Assembly: GCA_046563655.1 (NCBI GenBank)
Contig: CM102289.1
Coordinates: 7,006,001 to 7,070,000, forward strand
Length of the DNA stretch: 64,000 bases
Direction of reading: 5' to 3'
Source: Yuukianura sp. NJ FZ-2021
Taxonomy: Eukaryota
Shown: positions 1 to 12,212 of the stretch, piece by piece
How the letters are laid out: each line of letters begins with the position of its first letter
How positions within the stretch are numbered: position 1 is the stretch's first letter
Translations under genes and position numbers: made by a program
Notes under the pieces: model-generated
The model's database searches: none
What the model saw: the letters and a program-made list of their open reading frames with translations, nothing else
Told to the model about the DNA's origin: nothing

Positions 1-1281
1 GACTTCCGTCATTTCGGCTAAAGTTGGATCATTTTGGGCTTCTCTTGTGTCATTGTAAGCCATATCTCCGTAAGCAAACAAACCAAACAGAAAATCTACT
101 TGCGCAGCGTCAATTGCCAAAAGTTCACTTCGAAGCGTAACGCTTTTAGAATTGTTACTTTTCCCGGTAGCCCATTCTTGCATTAAGTCTCGACCATCAC
201 GCCGTTTTCCACTTTCATGAGGAGCCTCGGGATCGGTGTGTCCTGTTCCCAAGAAATGCCTTCGACCGCCACCAAGAATAACATTGACATCTTTTCCTGG
301 ACTTTGCACAATCAGTTGCTGAGCAATGTCGATACACGTTGTAGGGTCTTTTCCAGCAGCAAAAACTTCGGCATCATCTTCCCAGTCACGGTCGGCCGCA
401 TGAGCATAGAAACCGGCCGGACTTGCGTCGGTAATGGACGTTACAGTGACAATTCCAGTTGACATGTTACGACTCTGAGCCCACGTGATTAAGGACTGTG
501 CATGATTCAGTGGATCCATACTTTGGTCACAGTTTTTAAAGTCAACATTAGCGTTGACTCCAAGCGTGTGAAAGTTGCCTTTGAGACCGGAGGCATAGGC
601 TGTGCTAGTACACGCGGAATCTCCAACTTGTACGTCGTTGCAAAACGTCTGAAAATTAGGTTTAAAAAATCGCGGGAATTTAAATAAGTCTCATTTTTTG
701 AATTTTTAGTGTAGTTTTGTTGTCAAGGGTCAAACCTTGGATGCTCCAACATACGGAAAAGTTTCCATGTATAGCTGCCCATCTTCGCCTAGCAGCCCTT
801 CTTGCTGACCTTTCAAAATTCTTGCTGCTGTAACTGTTGACACGCCCATGCCGTCACCAATCATCAAAATCAAATTTTTGGCGCCAGTTTCAATTCTCGG
901 CTGACTCAACTTCTTTTGAATGGATTCTGTAGCACTTGTTGCCCAAACTTCCGGCACTGTTAAAAATCCCAAAATGTTCAAATTCAACTTGAATTTCTAT
1001 TTTTGAAATATTTTTAAACGAAAAGTTTGTATGCTTGAGTATTACGTTCATTAGCAATACGCGCATCTCTTCTGGGTCGAGGTCTTTGATCGGCTGGGTG
1101 TCGGCTGAACTCTGAAAATTAAAATTTAAGTAAAAATTCCCGCTATTTTCAAAATTTTAGTAACGCATTTTTGAGTAATATAACGATCTTGTTGTTATGT
1201 TTGTTTACCTTTTGGAACAGCATGACCTAGAGTTGACACCAGAAGCAAAAGTAGACACGGAAATGCTGTGTAGTAAGCCAT
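1..1281 (-). CDS. Alkaline phosphatase, paralogue 1 (multi-exon; 3' end lies beyond the window start)
   Basis: Signal peptide MAYYTAFPCLLLLLVSTLGHA begins at ATG 1281. Exons encode KNLILMIGDGMG, catalytic QVGDSACTSTA, TDASPAGFYAH and VILGGGR, joined by GT-AG introns. Confidence 0.93.
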
Positions 1282-1820
1282 GGTCAAGCGCTTGTGCCTT
1301 GAAAGTGTCAAGGTTGAAGTGGACACACGAACTGTCGGTAGCTCTGGTGTGCAATATTTACCCGTGTACTAAACGAACAATTGTTGTAGATTATGCCTTC
1401 ACAAGTGAGGTGTTAAGATAACAATTGAAAAGTTTATCTTCCACATCACGTATTATCCTATTCTCCACTTTGAACAAATGGATCAGACGTTAGGTCGGTA
1501 CTAACCGGTCTGCACAGCAGAGATCAAAGGTCGCGTAACCTAAAACTTTGATGAAATAAAAGCTCTTGACTTTTCAAGTCATGCGTGGAGTAAACACTAT
1601 TGTACAGAATGACATTGCCATCGACATTAAATTCCTTTTAAATTCAATTGCAATTTTAATCCACCTAAGCCCCAATTCTCATTTCATAATCAGATTGGTT
1701 CCAACTGGTTATTCAAGAGGATTGGCATATGCAAAATTTCAACACTTTACAAAACTTTACACTAAAATTTTTTCCTCTGAATTCTAAATTTTTCCTCTTT
1801 ATTTAAAAAAATTATGCTAT

Positions 1821-3748
1821 TTACATGGATACTATAAAAGTGAGCACTGAGAATACTAAAACTGGTGTAATTGAATTTGCAGATTTAGAGCCACTTAAAG
1901 CAGCATGTTTCATTGCATGAGCAATGAAAGTTTGGTCATTGACTCCTGTGAAGAGATGGGCAAATGGTCCTTTGGCAAAAATCAGTACATCTTCCCCCGC
2001 ATGCGTAGCTGACGACCTGTAGTAAGCTGCCATTTGCTTGTAGTTGACCTCATCTGTGTTTTCAGTAGTAAGGTCAGCTCTTACGCAAGTTGACCCGTTG
2101 TACACAAACGGTCGAAATCCAGGTCCGTTGACATAGGACAAAGTCGTCGCTCGACGGCCGTCCCCAGTGTCGTTTTTTCCAGTAAATTCAAAAATGGAGT
2201 TGCCGCGTGGAGGAGTTCCAGCGATTGTAAGAAGATGTGAATGATCAGCGGAGACTACAATAAGCGTTTGGTCATCCTGTGTAAGGTCGTCAACCTTCTG
2301 AATAGCCTTGTCAAATTCTAGTGTTTCCACTAAAGCACGTTGAGCGTTGTTGATATGGTGGGCAACATCGATATTCCCGCCTAAAATGTTAAAAAAAATT
2401 AAGAAAAATTATGATCTAATTTTTAAATGTTTGAAAATAGTATTTCTCCAACCTTCAACAAATAGGTAAAATCCTTTCGGATTTTTGCTCAAAATTTTGA
2501 CTGCAACTTCCGCCATTTCTGCTAAAGTGGGATCATGAGCTTTCGCCATTTTGTCTGTGTATTCCAGATTACCAAATGCAAATAGCCCCAAAAGGAATTC
2601 AGTTTTCTCAAGGTCAACTTTCAAAAGTTTTTGTCTACTCGAAACATAAGTTGCTCTGCGTTTATGTTGAAGCCAATCCTGAATCAAATGACGACCGTCA
2701 AGCCGGTTGCCAACTTTTGTAGCATGTTCAGTGGCAAAATCTGTATTTGGTATAAAATGGCCACGCCCACCGCCAAGAATGACATTGATTCTCTTGCCTG
2801 GAGATTCTTGAATGAGTTGTTTTGCGATGTCCAGACATGTCACGGGATTGTATCCAGCTTTGGTCACTTCTGCATCGTTTTCCCATTCACGATCGGCCAC
2901 ATGCGCGTAGGACCCTGCTGGACTTGCGTCAGTTATTGCAGTTGTTGTGACTATTCCAGTTGACATGCCACGGCTCTGGGCCCACGCCAGGACAGATTCT
3001 ACTTGATTTTCAGTGCGCATGCTCTCGGAACAGTTTCGGTAGCGGACGTTTGCATTTACTCCGATCGTTTTTATGTTGCCTTTGACACCACAGCAATATG
3101 CTGTAGCACTGCAGGCTGAATCGGCAACTTGAACGTCGTTGCAGAATGTCTAAAAGCAAGGTTTAAAAAATGGCGGGAATTAAATACACTCAAATTTTTG
3201 AAAATGAGATTATTTCTTGAGGTCAAAGGTCAAACCTTGGAAGTTCCAACATACGGAAAAGTTTCCATATATAGTTCACCATCTTCTCCAAGCAAGCCTT
3301 TACGCTGACCTTTCAAAATTCTGGACGCCGTGACCGTTGACAAGCCCATACCATCGCCAATCATCAAAATCAAATTTTTGGCGCGAGTTTGAATTCTGGG
3401 TTGATTCAATTTTTCTTGAATGAATTTCCTTGCTCGATCGCCCCAAATTTGAGGGTCTTCAAGAAAATTGTGTGAAATCAACAAAAAGAAAATTCTCGCT
3501 GCCAGAAAATTTTTGTTGAAGAAAATGAATCAGAGTTGCTTGCCTTCGTTTGCGGAATTTGTGCCATCTTGTATCTGTTTCCGAGTTTGAAATTTATTGC
3601 TACGTTCAGTAGTTGCTGTCGCTTCATCTGTAAAATTTTGTTCAATTTGTTCTAAAATGAGGCTACCATGCCCATGGTTGGTTCCATCCGGAAAAGCGTC
3701 AGGTGATGAACACAAAACCGCCACGAGTAGAACCAATAGTAAAGTCAT
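1821..3748 (-). CDS. Alkaline phosphatase, paralogue 2, probably GPI-anchored
   Basis: Signal peptide MTLLLVLLVAVLCSS. Motifs IGDGMG, QVADSACSATA, EGGNIDVAHH, VSADHSH and HAGEDV. Ends in a hydrophobic tail after small residues (SGSKSANSITPVLVFSVLTFIVSM). Confidence 0.95.
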
Positions 3749-4208
3749 GGCCAGAAAGTTGAAGACTGTTTTACAAAACCAAAGGTACAAAGAAGATCTT
3801 TGGATGAACGATTTCCAGTCTGTTGTTCGCCAAACGCCAAATAGTCATGTCTTTTTTATCTTAATATTATGCACGAAGGTGGATTTTGCAATTACATCAA
3901 GTGTAACTTATTTCCAAATTGTACACCGAAAACCATCATCAGCTTCTTATTTTTCGTGAATTAGCAAAGCAATTAATGATTAGCAAAGCAAAAGTTTCTA
4001 GCACCAGGATAATATATTTTGTGCCATTTGCGTAAGACATATGTAGTGTTAACCCAGATTCGTACAAATTTTGGTTTGATTTCATGCTTAGAATTCAAGG
4101 TAAAAACGATGTTAAAATTTTACTTATGTATTTCACGTTCAGAATTTTATTAAACATAAAATAATTTTCACAATTTTTGGGAAATTTTATCTTATGCTGT
4201 TCCAAGAA

Positions 4209-5713
4209 TCAGGGTTTGCAGAAATCCTCTCCAGTTACTTCTTCAATCCAGTCCAAGTAATTGTTAACCTGAAAAAAAATTTCGCCTCAAATTCTAATAA
4301 ATTTTACTTGCATACCAATTAGGTATAAATGACAACCATAAAATTTCATTCCATACCTTGGTATATACTCCAGGATGGCTACACTTACAAACATTTAGTA
4401 AGTTATGTTATGTAGGAAATTGAGATTTTGTATGCAAATTTTGAAAAATATATAAATGTTCCTTACTTCTTTTGACCACACCCATGCCCAAAACTGACAA
4501 CGCCTATAGAATAGTAGCGTCCATCTGAATGCTTCAAGTCAATTGTTCCACCGGAGTCTCCCTGAGTTTACAATTAACACAATTCAAAGATCCCAAATGG
4601 AAAGTTTGAAAATTGATTTTTGGTTGGACTTTGTAATTCGCTTTTTAATGTTTTCATTACTTGGCAAGTGTCCGCCCCTTTGAGATAAGTACAAAGTTGA
4701 TTTTTCGTAATCGTTTGAAGTTTTAAACACTGAACTACCGTTAGAAGCGGCAATTCAACTTTTCTGAGAATGTCGGAAGTGGGATCCGTGTTTTGCGTAA
4801 ACAGTGGCAGCAGTTTAGTAGTTCCCCATCCACTGGCTAAGACTTTAGCTCCATGAAAACTTGATTTTTCCAGCGTAGATCCAAATGGCAAGCAAGCTGG
4901 AGCTACCTACAAAATGTAATGATAAATGATGAAATTTCAAAAAATGGTTCAAATTTTGGCCAAATTTTGTTATTACTTTAGCACCAAATTGCAATGGCTT
5001 TTGCAGATGAAGTAGTGCAATGTCGTTGTCGAAAATGCGATACACAAAATTTGGATGTTGAATGTATCTGTCAACAATGACTGGCGTTCCGCTGTCAGTG
5101 AACAGCGGGTTCTCGTGGGCTCCAACGTAAACAGTTATTCCATGGACACCGGGGATTACCGCCCGAGTACTTTTCTCATAAACATTTAAAAATTTTGAAA
5201 AAAATTCCAAACGTGAAAAGTTTTTAAAGTAAGGCTTACGTACCAGTGTCCAGCCGTAAGAATCCAGTTCCGACTAATAACAGTTCCTGCGCACATGTTT
5301 CCACGCAATGAGGTTTTGTTAAATACAAGTACTGCACTACGCCATGGAACTTCTCCTGAGCTTGCGGTTTCTCCACCAACAATTCTAGGCATCAAACGCC
5401 TACTTTTCTAAAAAAAAATTAATTTTTTTAATTCAGAAAATTTTAAACAATGTTATTTTTGATACAATGAAATAACCTTGGGATATCTTTTGCCGCATGA
5501 GCATTCTTCAGAGACGCCATCATCTTCTCTAGCAACATCAGACTCTTCTTCAGAAGTTTCAGAATCTGTTTCCAAAATTATTTCTTTTGAATTTTGAACA
5601 ATTTCGTCCAAATTGGCATCGTTGTCCTTCACATCAGGCAGAACTTTTTCTGAACAAACTACAGATTCCATCGTAAAAATTATCCCAAAGACAATGTAAA
5701 AAATCAACCTCAT
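4209..5713 (-). CDS. Trypsin-like S1A serine protease zymogen
   Basis: Signal peptide, acidic propeptide with CSCG, and activation site R-IVGG. Intact triad TAGHC / DNDIALL / DTCQGDSGG, with Asp in the S1 pocket. Ends YLDWIEEVTGEDFCKP*. Confidence 0.93.
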
Positions 5714-6725
5714 GTTTTCCAAATTGGAATCTTTAGTGCAAATTGAACTTTAACAAAAAGAGAGTATTCTTTTAATTTAATGTTAAATGATATGTGACAT
5801 ACGGAATTCATACCCAGCCGCATTCCGGACATGTTTTCAGTTACGCTCAATGTCACAAAACAGAATTTTTAGACTATTATCAATTGACAGCATCTCAATA
5901 ATTTATCTTCAAGTCACCACACTACGTCAATCCATTTTGACAGTAGAGTGTTTAATTCTTTGAAAAGTCCAGTGCAACGTACGTCAGCAACATTCAAAAG
6001 TTCAATTTACGCTTTTTGGTAATTTGTATTTGATGTTTTATTAAATAGTCTATATTAATTTTTAACAGAATAATATAGTAGTTTTAATGATCAAAGGCTT
6101 GTAAGACAAATGCTTTGCTTAAGGTACACTGTAAGGTATAACACGTATCTCACCGCAACACTAAATTTTGCACGTTTTTGGTCAATATTTTGCAGATTTT
6201 TGTGTTGTTGAAGCTACGGTAAAGCTATTTCAATTTAATAGCATAAGGTTTGACTTTTTTTTACACTTTCAAAAATCTGCTAACGGAAATACATTTTGTC
6301 AACCTACTTTTTATATTTCCAGGTTTTGTCAAATTCACCGGTGCTTTTCAATTGAATCCGTTCGAGCTCATGGGCGGAAAATCAATCTCCTATGTCACTT
6401 CTACTTGAAGATCTTAGACATCATGCAATCTTTTTTTAAAAAAAGCGAGCTGAAAAACAGCTTCCGAAAAGCGTCACTGCATATGAACGCGGAACCACTT
6501 CACGAAAATAACTACTTTCAGATCCTGTCAACTTAACTTACAAAGAACAAAGTAAAAAAGTTACGTCCTAAAATGACATTTTCTTTCCTGTTTTTCCCGA
6601 ATAAGTTATGCATGGATTTCCTTTTGGAAAATTAGACTAGACGGTTTCAATGACTGATCCAACCATGATCCGGAAAAGAAATTGAACTGTAGCGTCAACC
6701 GGAACTGAACAGTTTTTTCAAAAAA

Positions 6726-6760
6726 TATAAAAACCGAGTTCGGAATAAAGTAGTCAGATC
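6726..6760 (+). promoter_or_regulatory. TATA box plus initiator-like element of the peptide-precursor gene
   Basis: TATAAAA at 6726-6732 and TCAGAT with its A at 6756, 30 nt apart. Confidence 0.45.
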
Positions 6761-6850
6761 ACTTCCTTCTATCCTCAGTTCAAGTGAGCATTGTCTCTGG
6801 ATTTTTTTCAGAAAGCTTTTATAAATTTTAGTTTTTTGTTACTTCGGGCC

Positions 6851-7351
6851 ATGAAATTGCTGGACATTCTGCTTGTCAGTTGTGTCGCAGTTCTTGTCGT
6901 GTCTCCTGCCGCAAATGCTTGGGAGGAAGATGACCAAAACGACGTCGGTGTCCAGGACGGAAGTTCCTGGACGGAAGACGCCGAACGATCTATGAAGCCG
7001 CAACAGCAACAACTTGGTCAACTGGACGAAAGTTCCGACATTCCAGTTCGTGGTTATAGATATTCCTTACTTCGGCCATTTCCAGTACGACTAGTCTCAG
7101 GTCGTTTCCGAGGTGCAGTCGCCAGCACGAAAGTCAAACGATACAGTAAGTGTACCAAGTGTTTTAAATTTTGAAGTAAAAGTTGAAATTTCGTTTCTAA
7201 AATTTTGAGAATAGAAATTGAAGCGATGTATTTGCAATTTTCAGTGGGCATGGAAATCCCAGAATTTATAACAAACAGTGACGGCACTCGAGGGGCGGCT
7301 GGTGGAGTACCTCAGCGCGGCGTGAAACAAAAATTAGTCAGCAGCGGCTAA
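6851..7351 (+). CDS. Secreted neuropeptide-like precursor (2 coding exons: 6851-7145 and 7245-7351)
   Basis: Signal peptide MKLLDILLVSCVAVLVVSPAANA, then an acidic spacer. A GTAAG..TTTCAG intron gives KR-YMGMEIPEFITNSDGTRGAAGGVPQRGVKQKLVSS-G-stop. Confidence 0.7.
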
Positions 7352-7596
7352 CGTCTCTTCTGAACAACAGTTTTAAAATTTGTCCAAAATTTAAAACTCT
7401 TGGATTACTCTCTAATGTTAAAAAAAAATGAATCTGTTCAAAATTCAAAAAACATTTAAACGATTCTTGATCAAATACAATTAAAATGAAACTGCAATGC
7501 GAAAAAAAGAGTTTACACAGGCCGAATTAGTTTTAATTCTTTTTTCCAATTGGTAAATTTGCAATACCTGCAAGCTTCTAAATTTTTGAATTATAA

Positions 7597-10207
7597 TTAT
7601 TCCTCCTCCTCTTCCTCTTCTTCTTCTTCTTCTTCTTCTTCCTCCTCCTCCTCCTCTTCTTTGGCTTCCTTTTCATCTTTGGTAGGCTGGGCTTCCGCTT
7701 CTTCTTCTTCAGCTTCTTCTTCATCAGGAACATCCATCATAGTATCGGCAATAGCAGCGTCCTATAGTATTTCACAAAAATTGTACCCATTTTTTCAAAA
7801 TGTGAAAAAAAAAACAAAATTTTCTTGAAAAAACGTTATTTACCTGTGCTTCTTCTCCTTCCGGTGTATCTGGCGCGTCCTTCTTCTTTCCTGGACGTTC
7901 TCCAAACCATTTCGGAAGTTTAGCTACATGGGTCCAGGAAATTAAAAAACAAATTGAAGCCAAAGGAAATAAATTTTTCAAAAAAATTGCTTTTCGAAAC
8001 GAAGCTCACATTTTTGTCGTTGTTCAAAAACTTTGATGTTTTCTGCCCACACTTTCTCTTGCATCTCTTTACTCATGTTCTCCAAGTCCTGAAAAAGAAC
8101 ATAAGTTTTAGCAAAACTTCAAAAAGAAAGAAATTGCAATTTTTCGAAATCATGAAATTCATATTCTTACCCCTTGAAACAAATTTTTCTTATCGGAATA
8201 CGAACGAGTGTCAACACGGCGTTCATATTTCGATGCTACTTGGAGCTTGGGCTAAACCAAAAAATATTTTAAAAAATGTAATAAATTGAAAAGCAATTGA
8301 ATTTTTTTTAGCTTACTGGGTACTTTCCGGTAAGCGCTCTGAAAAAAAAAACCAATTTTATAAAAGTTTTAAAAAACAAGCAATAAATGTTGGATTAACT
8401 TTTGAGCTTACTCTGGATCCAATCCACGCTTCAACGCCTTGTGCCTCAACTGCTGCTTTTGTCGTTCCTTCAATTCTTTCAGCTTTTCAAAAAAGAAAAT
8501 AAACATTAAATAAATTTTACTATTTGAAATTACAACAAATTTTATGTAAGCGCTTCTTCAAAGGACGTTGTATTTTTGGCATTCGAAAATATATGCTTAA
8601 GGCTAACTCATAAACATTAAAACATTGCTCCATTAGTGATGTTCCTCAAAAAGCGTCAAGCTTTTGATGAGGTTGACGTTTTTGTCTGTGTGCCAACATT
8701 CTTAAACATAACTCTAAATTGAATGTACATGAATAAAATTTCGACTTTTTCAAATTGAATTTTTGTTTAAATTAACATACATCGTAGTCTTGCCGTTTTT
8801 GACGCTCTTCCAAGTCATACTTTTCCGTTTCCAGACGCACGATTTGTTCCCAGATTTCAGCCGCTTTCTTTTTCAGGGCTTCTTCGCTTAAGCCCGTTAA
8901 ATCCAGTGGCTTTATGCGGAAACTCATTGAAATTTTCTTTTCCTCTTCCAACTGCTCCTTTGTTTTTAACAATTCATGAGCTCCACCCGCCTAACACCAA
9001 AAAAATGGCGATTTTTGAAATTAAAGTTTAGCTTAGCAACAATTTAGTTTATAAATTCGTGAAATCAAGTTTTTTTTTATTCCATTTGAACGTTTTACCT
9101 CACTGGATTGCATTCCGCCACCGAAAGCTCGATTGCCCCCCACAAATCCTTTTTCGCTCAAACTTGCCTGAAAATTTTAGAACTTTCAAAATATTTTGTG
9201 TCCATTTTGAAATCTGTAAAATCATGCGGTTGTTCAACCTTTTGCGCTTGGAGCATATTTTGGCGTTTTCGTTCGGCTTCTTCAAGACGCCGAAGTTTTT
9301 CTTCTTGGTCACGTTGTTTCTTTTCTTCGATTTCCCGAACACGACGCTCCTCTTCCTTGCGCTTCTTTTCGGCCAATCGCTTTTCTTCTTGTTCACGCAG
9401 TGTCTAGCAATTTAAAAAAAAAGTCTAAAAAGTATCTGTAAAGTGTATTCCTTTTAATTTACTTTGCGTTTCGCCTGTTTATCCTTCAGCCGAACAAGCT
9501 CCTCTTCTTCCTTAGCACGCTGCTTACGCCATTCCTGGATGTATTCCATTAGCTGCTCATCCAAATCGGATCGCTTTTCATGCTGACGCTGATTTCAAAG
9601 TTTGAAAAAGCTTTTAAATTGTTCAACTTTGGTAATGTGCAATTGATCAAGTATTGAAAATTGTCGCTTACCTTGATAAATTCCGGCTCCACTTCCTTGG
9701 CCTCATGTTCCTCACTAAATTCGGTGTTTAAAAACGCATCATTTACAAAAATGTAGATTTTGAAAACCAAATGTTTTTGAGAAAATACATTACTACTCAC
9801 AGGTAAGCTCACGAGTAAACATTTTCTAGACACACAGACGAAACGCACATGTACGAGACACGAAAAGCAGTAAACACATAAATGGACACGAGGACAGACA
9901 CTTAAACGCCACGATCACTGCTGCTTACTGTCGGCTTTCCGGCTTTTTCCTGTTTCAAAAAAAAAACGAATAATTTTTTACGTTTGGCTTTGCTAATTTT
10001 GTTCTAGAATTGTAAATGCGCTGAAAAGCGCAGAAACACTACACATAGTTTCTTACACTTCTTCATCGGCTTCTTCTTCTTCCTCTTCAACTTCCCTATT
10101 TTGCAAAAAAGAAAAGTTTCATTAATTTTGTTTTCAGAAACTTGATTGATCGCTTGGAAAAATTTTTGATCAAAACCTTACGATGCAACTTCTTCTTCGT
10201 CGGACAT
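7597..10207 (-). CDS. TnT: Troponin T, arthropod type with poly-Glu tail
   Basis: Starts MSDEEEV. Contains SFRIKPL, LETEKYDLEERQKRQDYD, RHKALKRGLDPEALTGKYP, SKYERRVDTRSY and LPKWFGERPGKK. Ends in a Glu run. Confidence 0.97.
7600..7660 (-). repeat. (GAA/GAG)n coding trinucleotide repeat, the poly-Glu tail of troponin T
   Basis: About 20 consecutive TTC/CTC units on the + strand, ending at the TnT stop codon. Confidence 0.9.
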
Positions 10208-10805
10208 GGCGCAAAAAGGCTACAAACTTTTGGAAGTTCAGAGATGGAGAGTGACCGAGATGCTATTCGTCTTTACTGTTCGAAGTTGGAGAGGTGTGGC
10301 GGCAGTGTTCAAACTTCAATCAAACACTGCCAGTTTATTTTAGATTTTAGGGCTCCCGTTTTTTGAACAGGGATAGTGACAAGGATAGCTTTCTAAAAAT
10401 AAAGCTCGTTTTCTCGGATGTTGCTAATGAATTGAACATTTCGAAAATGTAAACAAAGGGAAAGTGAGCTGGAGGCAGCAGGGTACGCCTAGACAAACAT
10501 TTTAAGCTAAATTTCAGACTTGTGCCAATTCCACGCTACTCTACTCCTTTTGTCATTAACTCTACTAGACACATAGTTTAAAAAAAAGAAGAAGAGAGAT
10601 TGAAGAATGTAGAAAGATTAACTTTTGGATATGATCAGAAAATTTGGAACACAGATCTGTATCAGCGGTTCAAAGGAATTCCAATCTAATTGAAGAATAT
10701 TCTTAACAATTTTTTAATGACAGATTCAGTAATTACGAATGTATTCATAATAATTAAAATTATAAGAACACTATGACTGGTGACATCTACCGGTTGACTT
10801 TGTGT

Positions 10806-11647
10806 TTACATGTGACCGAATGTGACATCCGACAGCGTGACGCCCATAAGAACCGAAGTTTCGTATCCCATTGTCGTAGTTGTCAAATTCATTGTTGTTG
10901 AGACTCCGTCATTCATACGGAAAATGGAGTCTTGGTCGTTCGCGAGTCTCATGTTTGTGTTGGCAATGTACGGGTCGAGTCGGGCAATTTCAACGTTCAG
11001 TTCTTCTGGAAAGTACAGTTGTCCAGTGTATTTGAAGTCGTTGATGTGCGCAGTCACGTGGATGTGGATTGTGCGACCTTGGTACCATCCGGGGTAAATG
11101 GTATGGAACGTCACTTGCCCGTTTTCATCTGTAAACTGAACTCCGCGCAGAAATGTCGTGTTTTCAAGATGACTGCCGTGGAAGTTCCCGTCGCCTTCAG
11201 GGCCCATACCAGCGGGAACTTCTTCTTCGACGAATGCAGAGTAGTCACCCATGTGATCCGCACTCCAAATGTCAACCGGAACGTTGACCAATGGCTCGCA
11301 AGTTGTGAAGTTGACCACTGTTATAGACAGGACGAGTGGAATGCCTGGCTTTCCTTCTGTAATGTTCTGCCGAACTGCCATGTCTAGTTTAAAAAAATTG
11401 AATAAACCCAAAAATGTTCAAAATTTTGAGTTGTGGTTGAAATGCTGTTGTTACCATCAACAAAGTAGGGGCCTTCAGTGGATTCGGGAAACAATGTGCA
11501 AATAGCATGATTTTCAGATGTCGCTCGGTGACCACATTGCGATGTTGCAGATTTCTGTGAGTTTATTGAGGGCACTGGTTTTTCTAATCCTGTGACCCAG
11601 AAAATTGCTAGGGCACAGAACACTGCAACGGCAAAACTCTTAATCAT
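10806..11647 (-). CDS. Secreted intradiol ring-cleavage dioxygenase (fungal-type), 2 exons
   Basis: Signal peptide, CTLFPESTEGPYF, VDIWSADHMGDYS, FLRGVQFTD, and YPGWYQGRTIHIH (Tyr/Tyr/His/His Fe ligands), then GQLYF. Confidence 0.92.
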
Positions 11648-12212
11648 TTTAAAATTTTATTTTAACTTGAAGTCAAGAAAACCGGTAGGAAATTAAAACT
11701 GATGAAAAAATGATAATTTTTTTTAATTTTGTGATCCGAATAGTTTAGTAGAGCAATGAAATAATGTTTGAACATTTTAGGCCGTATTTATATAGGTCAA
11801 TTTAATCAACCACGAATCAGTTTCGAGAAATTATGAAGAGGGTGACCGTGATTCCTGTATTGTATTCACTTATTATCATGTGAACTATTGATACTGCCGT
11901 AAAATTTACGAATTTACAAAAACTCAGCATGTATGTTTATGTGATTTTGCCAAAATGGAATAAAACATGACTTTATTCCATATTCCTATGTGGTTCCCGT
12001 ATGGTAACAATGTATTAATTTTTTCAACAATATTCTATTTTGAAATATTTAAAATTCTTATATAGAGTTATAACACACACGCATTCAAAACCCGAAAATT
12101 ACCATTATAGTCCAAAAAGAGTATTCAAATACCAAAAATTTTAGAGAAAGTTTAATGTTTAAGGGAATGTACAAAATCTTGAATGAAAAAGAGCAGATCA
12201 GGGTGTGAGAAT

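Noticed and set aside
7550..7828. Poly-Ser ORF on the + strand
   Set aside because: Antisense shadow of the troponin T poly-Glu exon.
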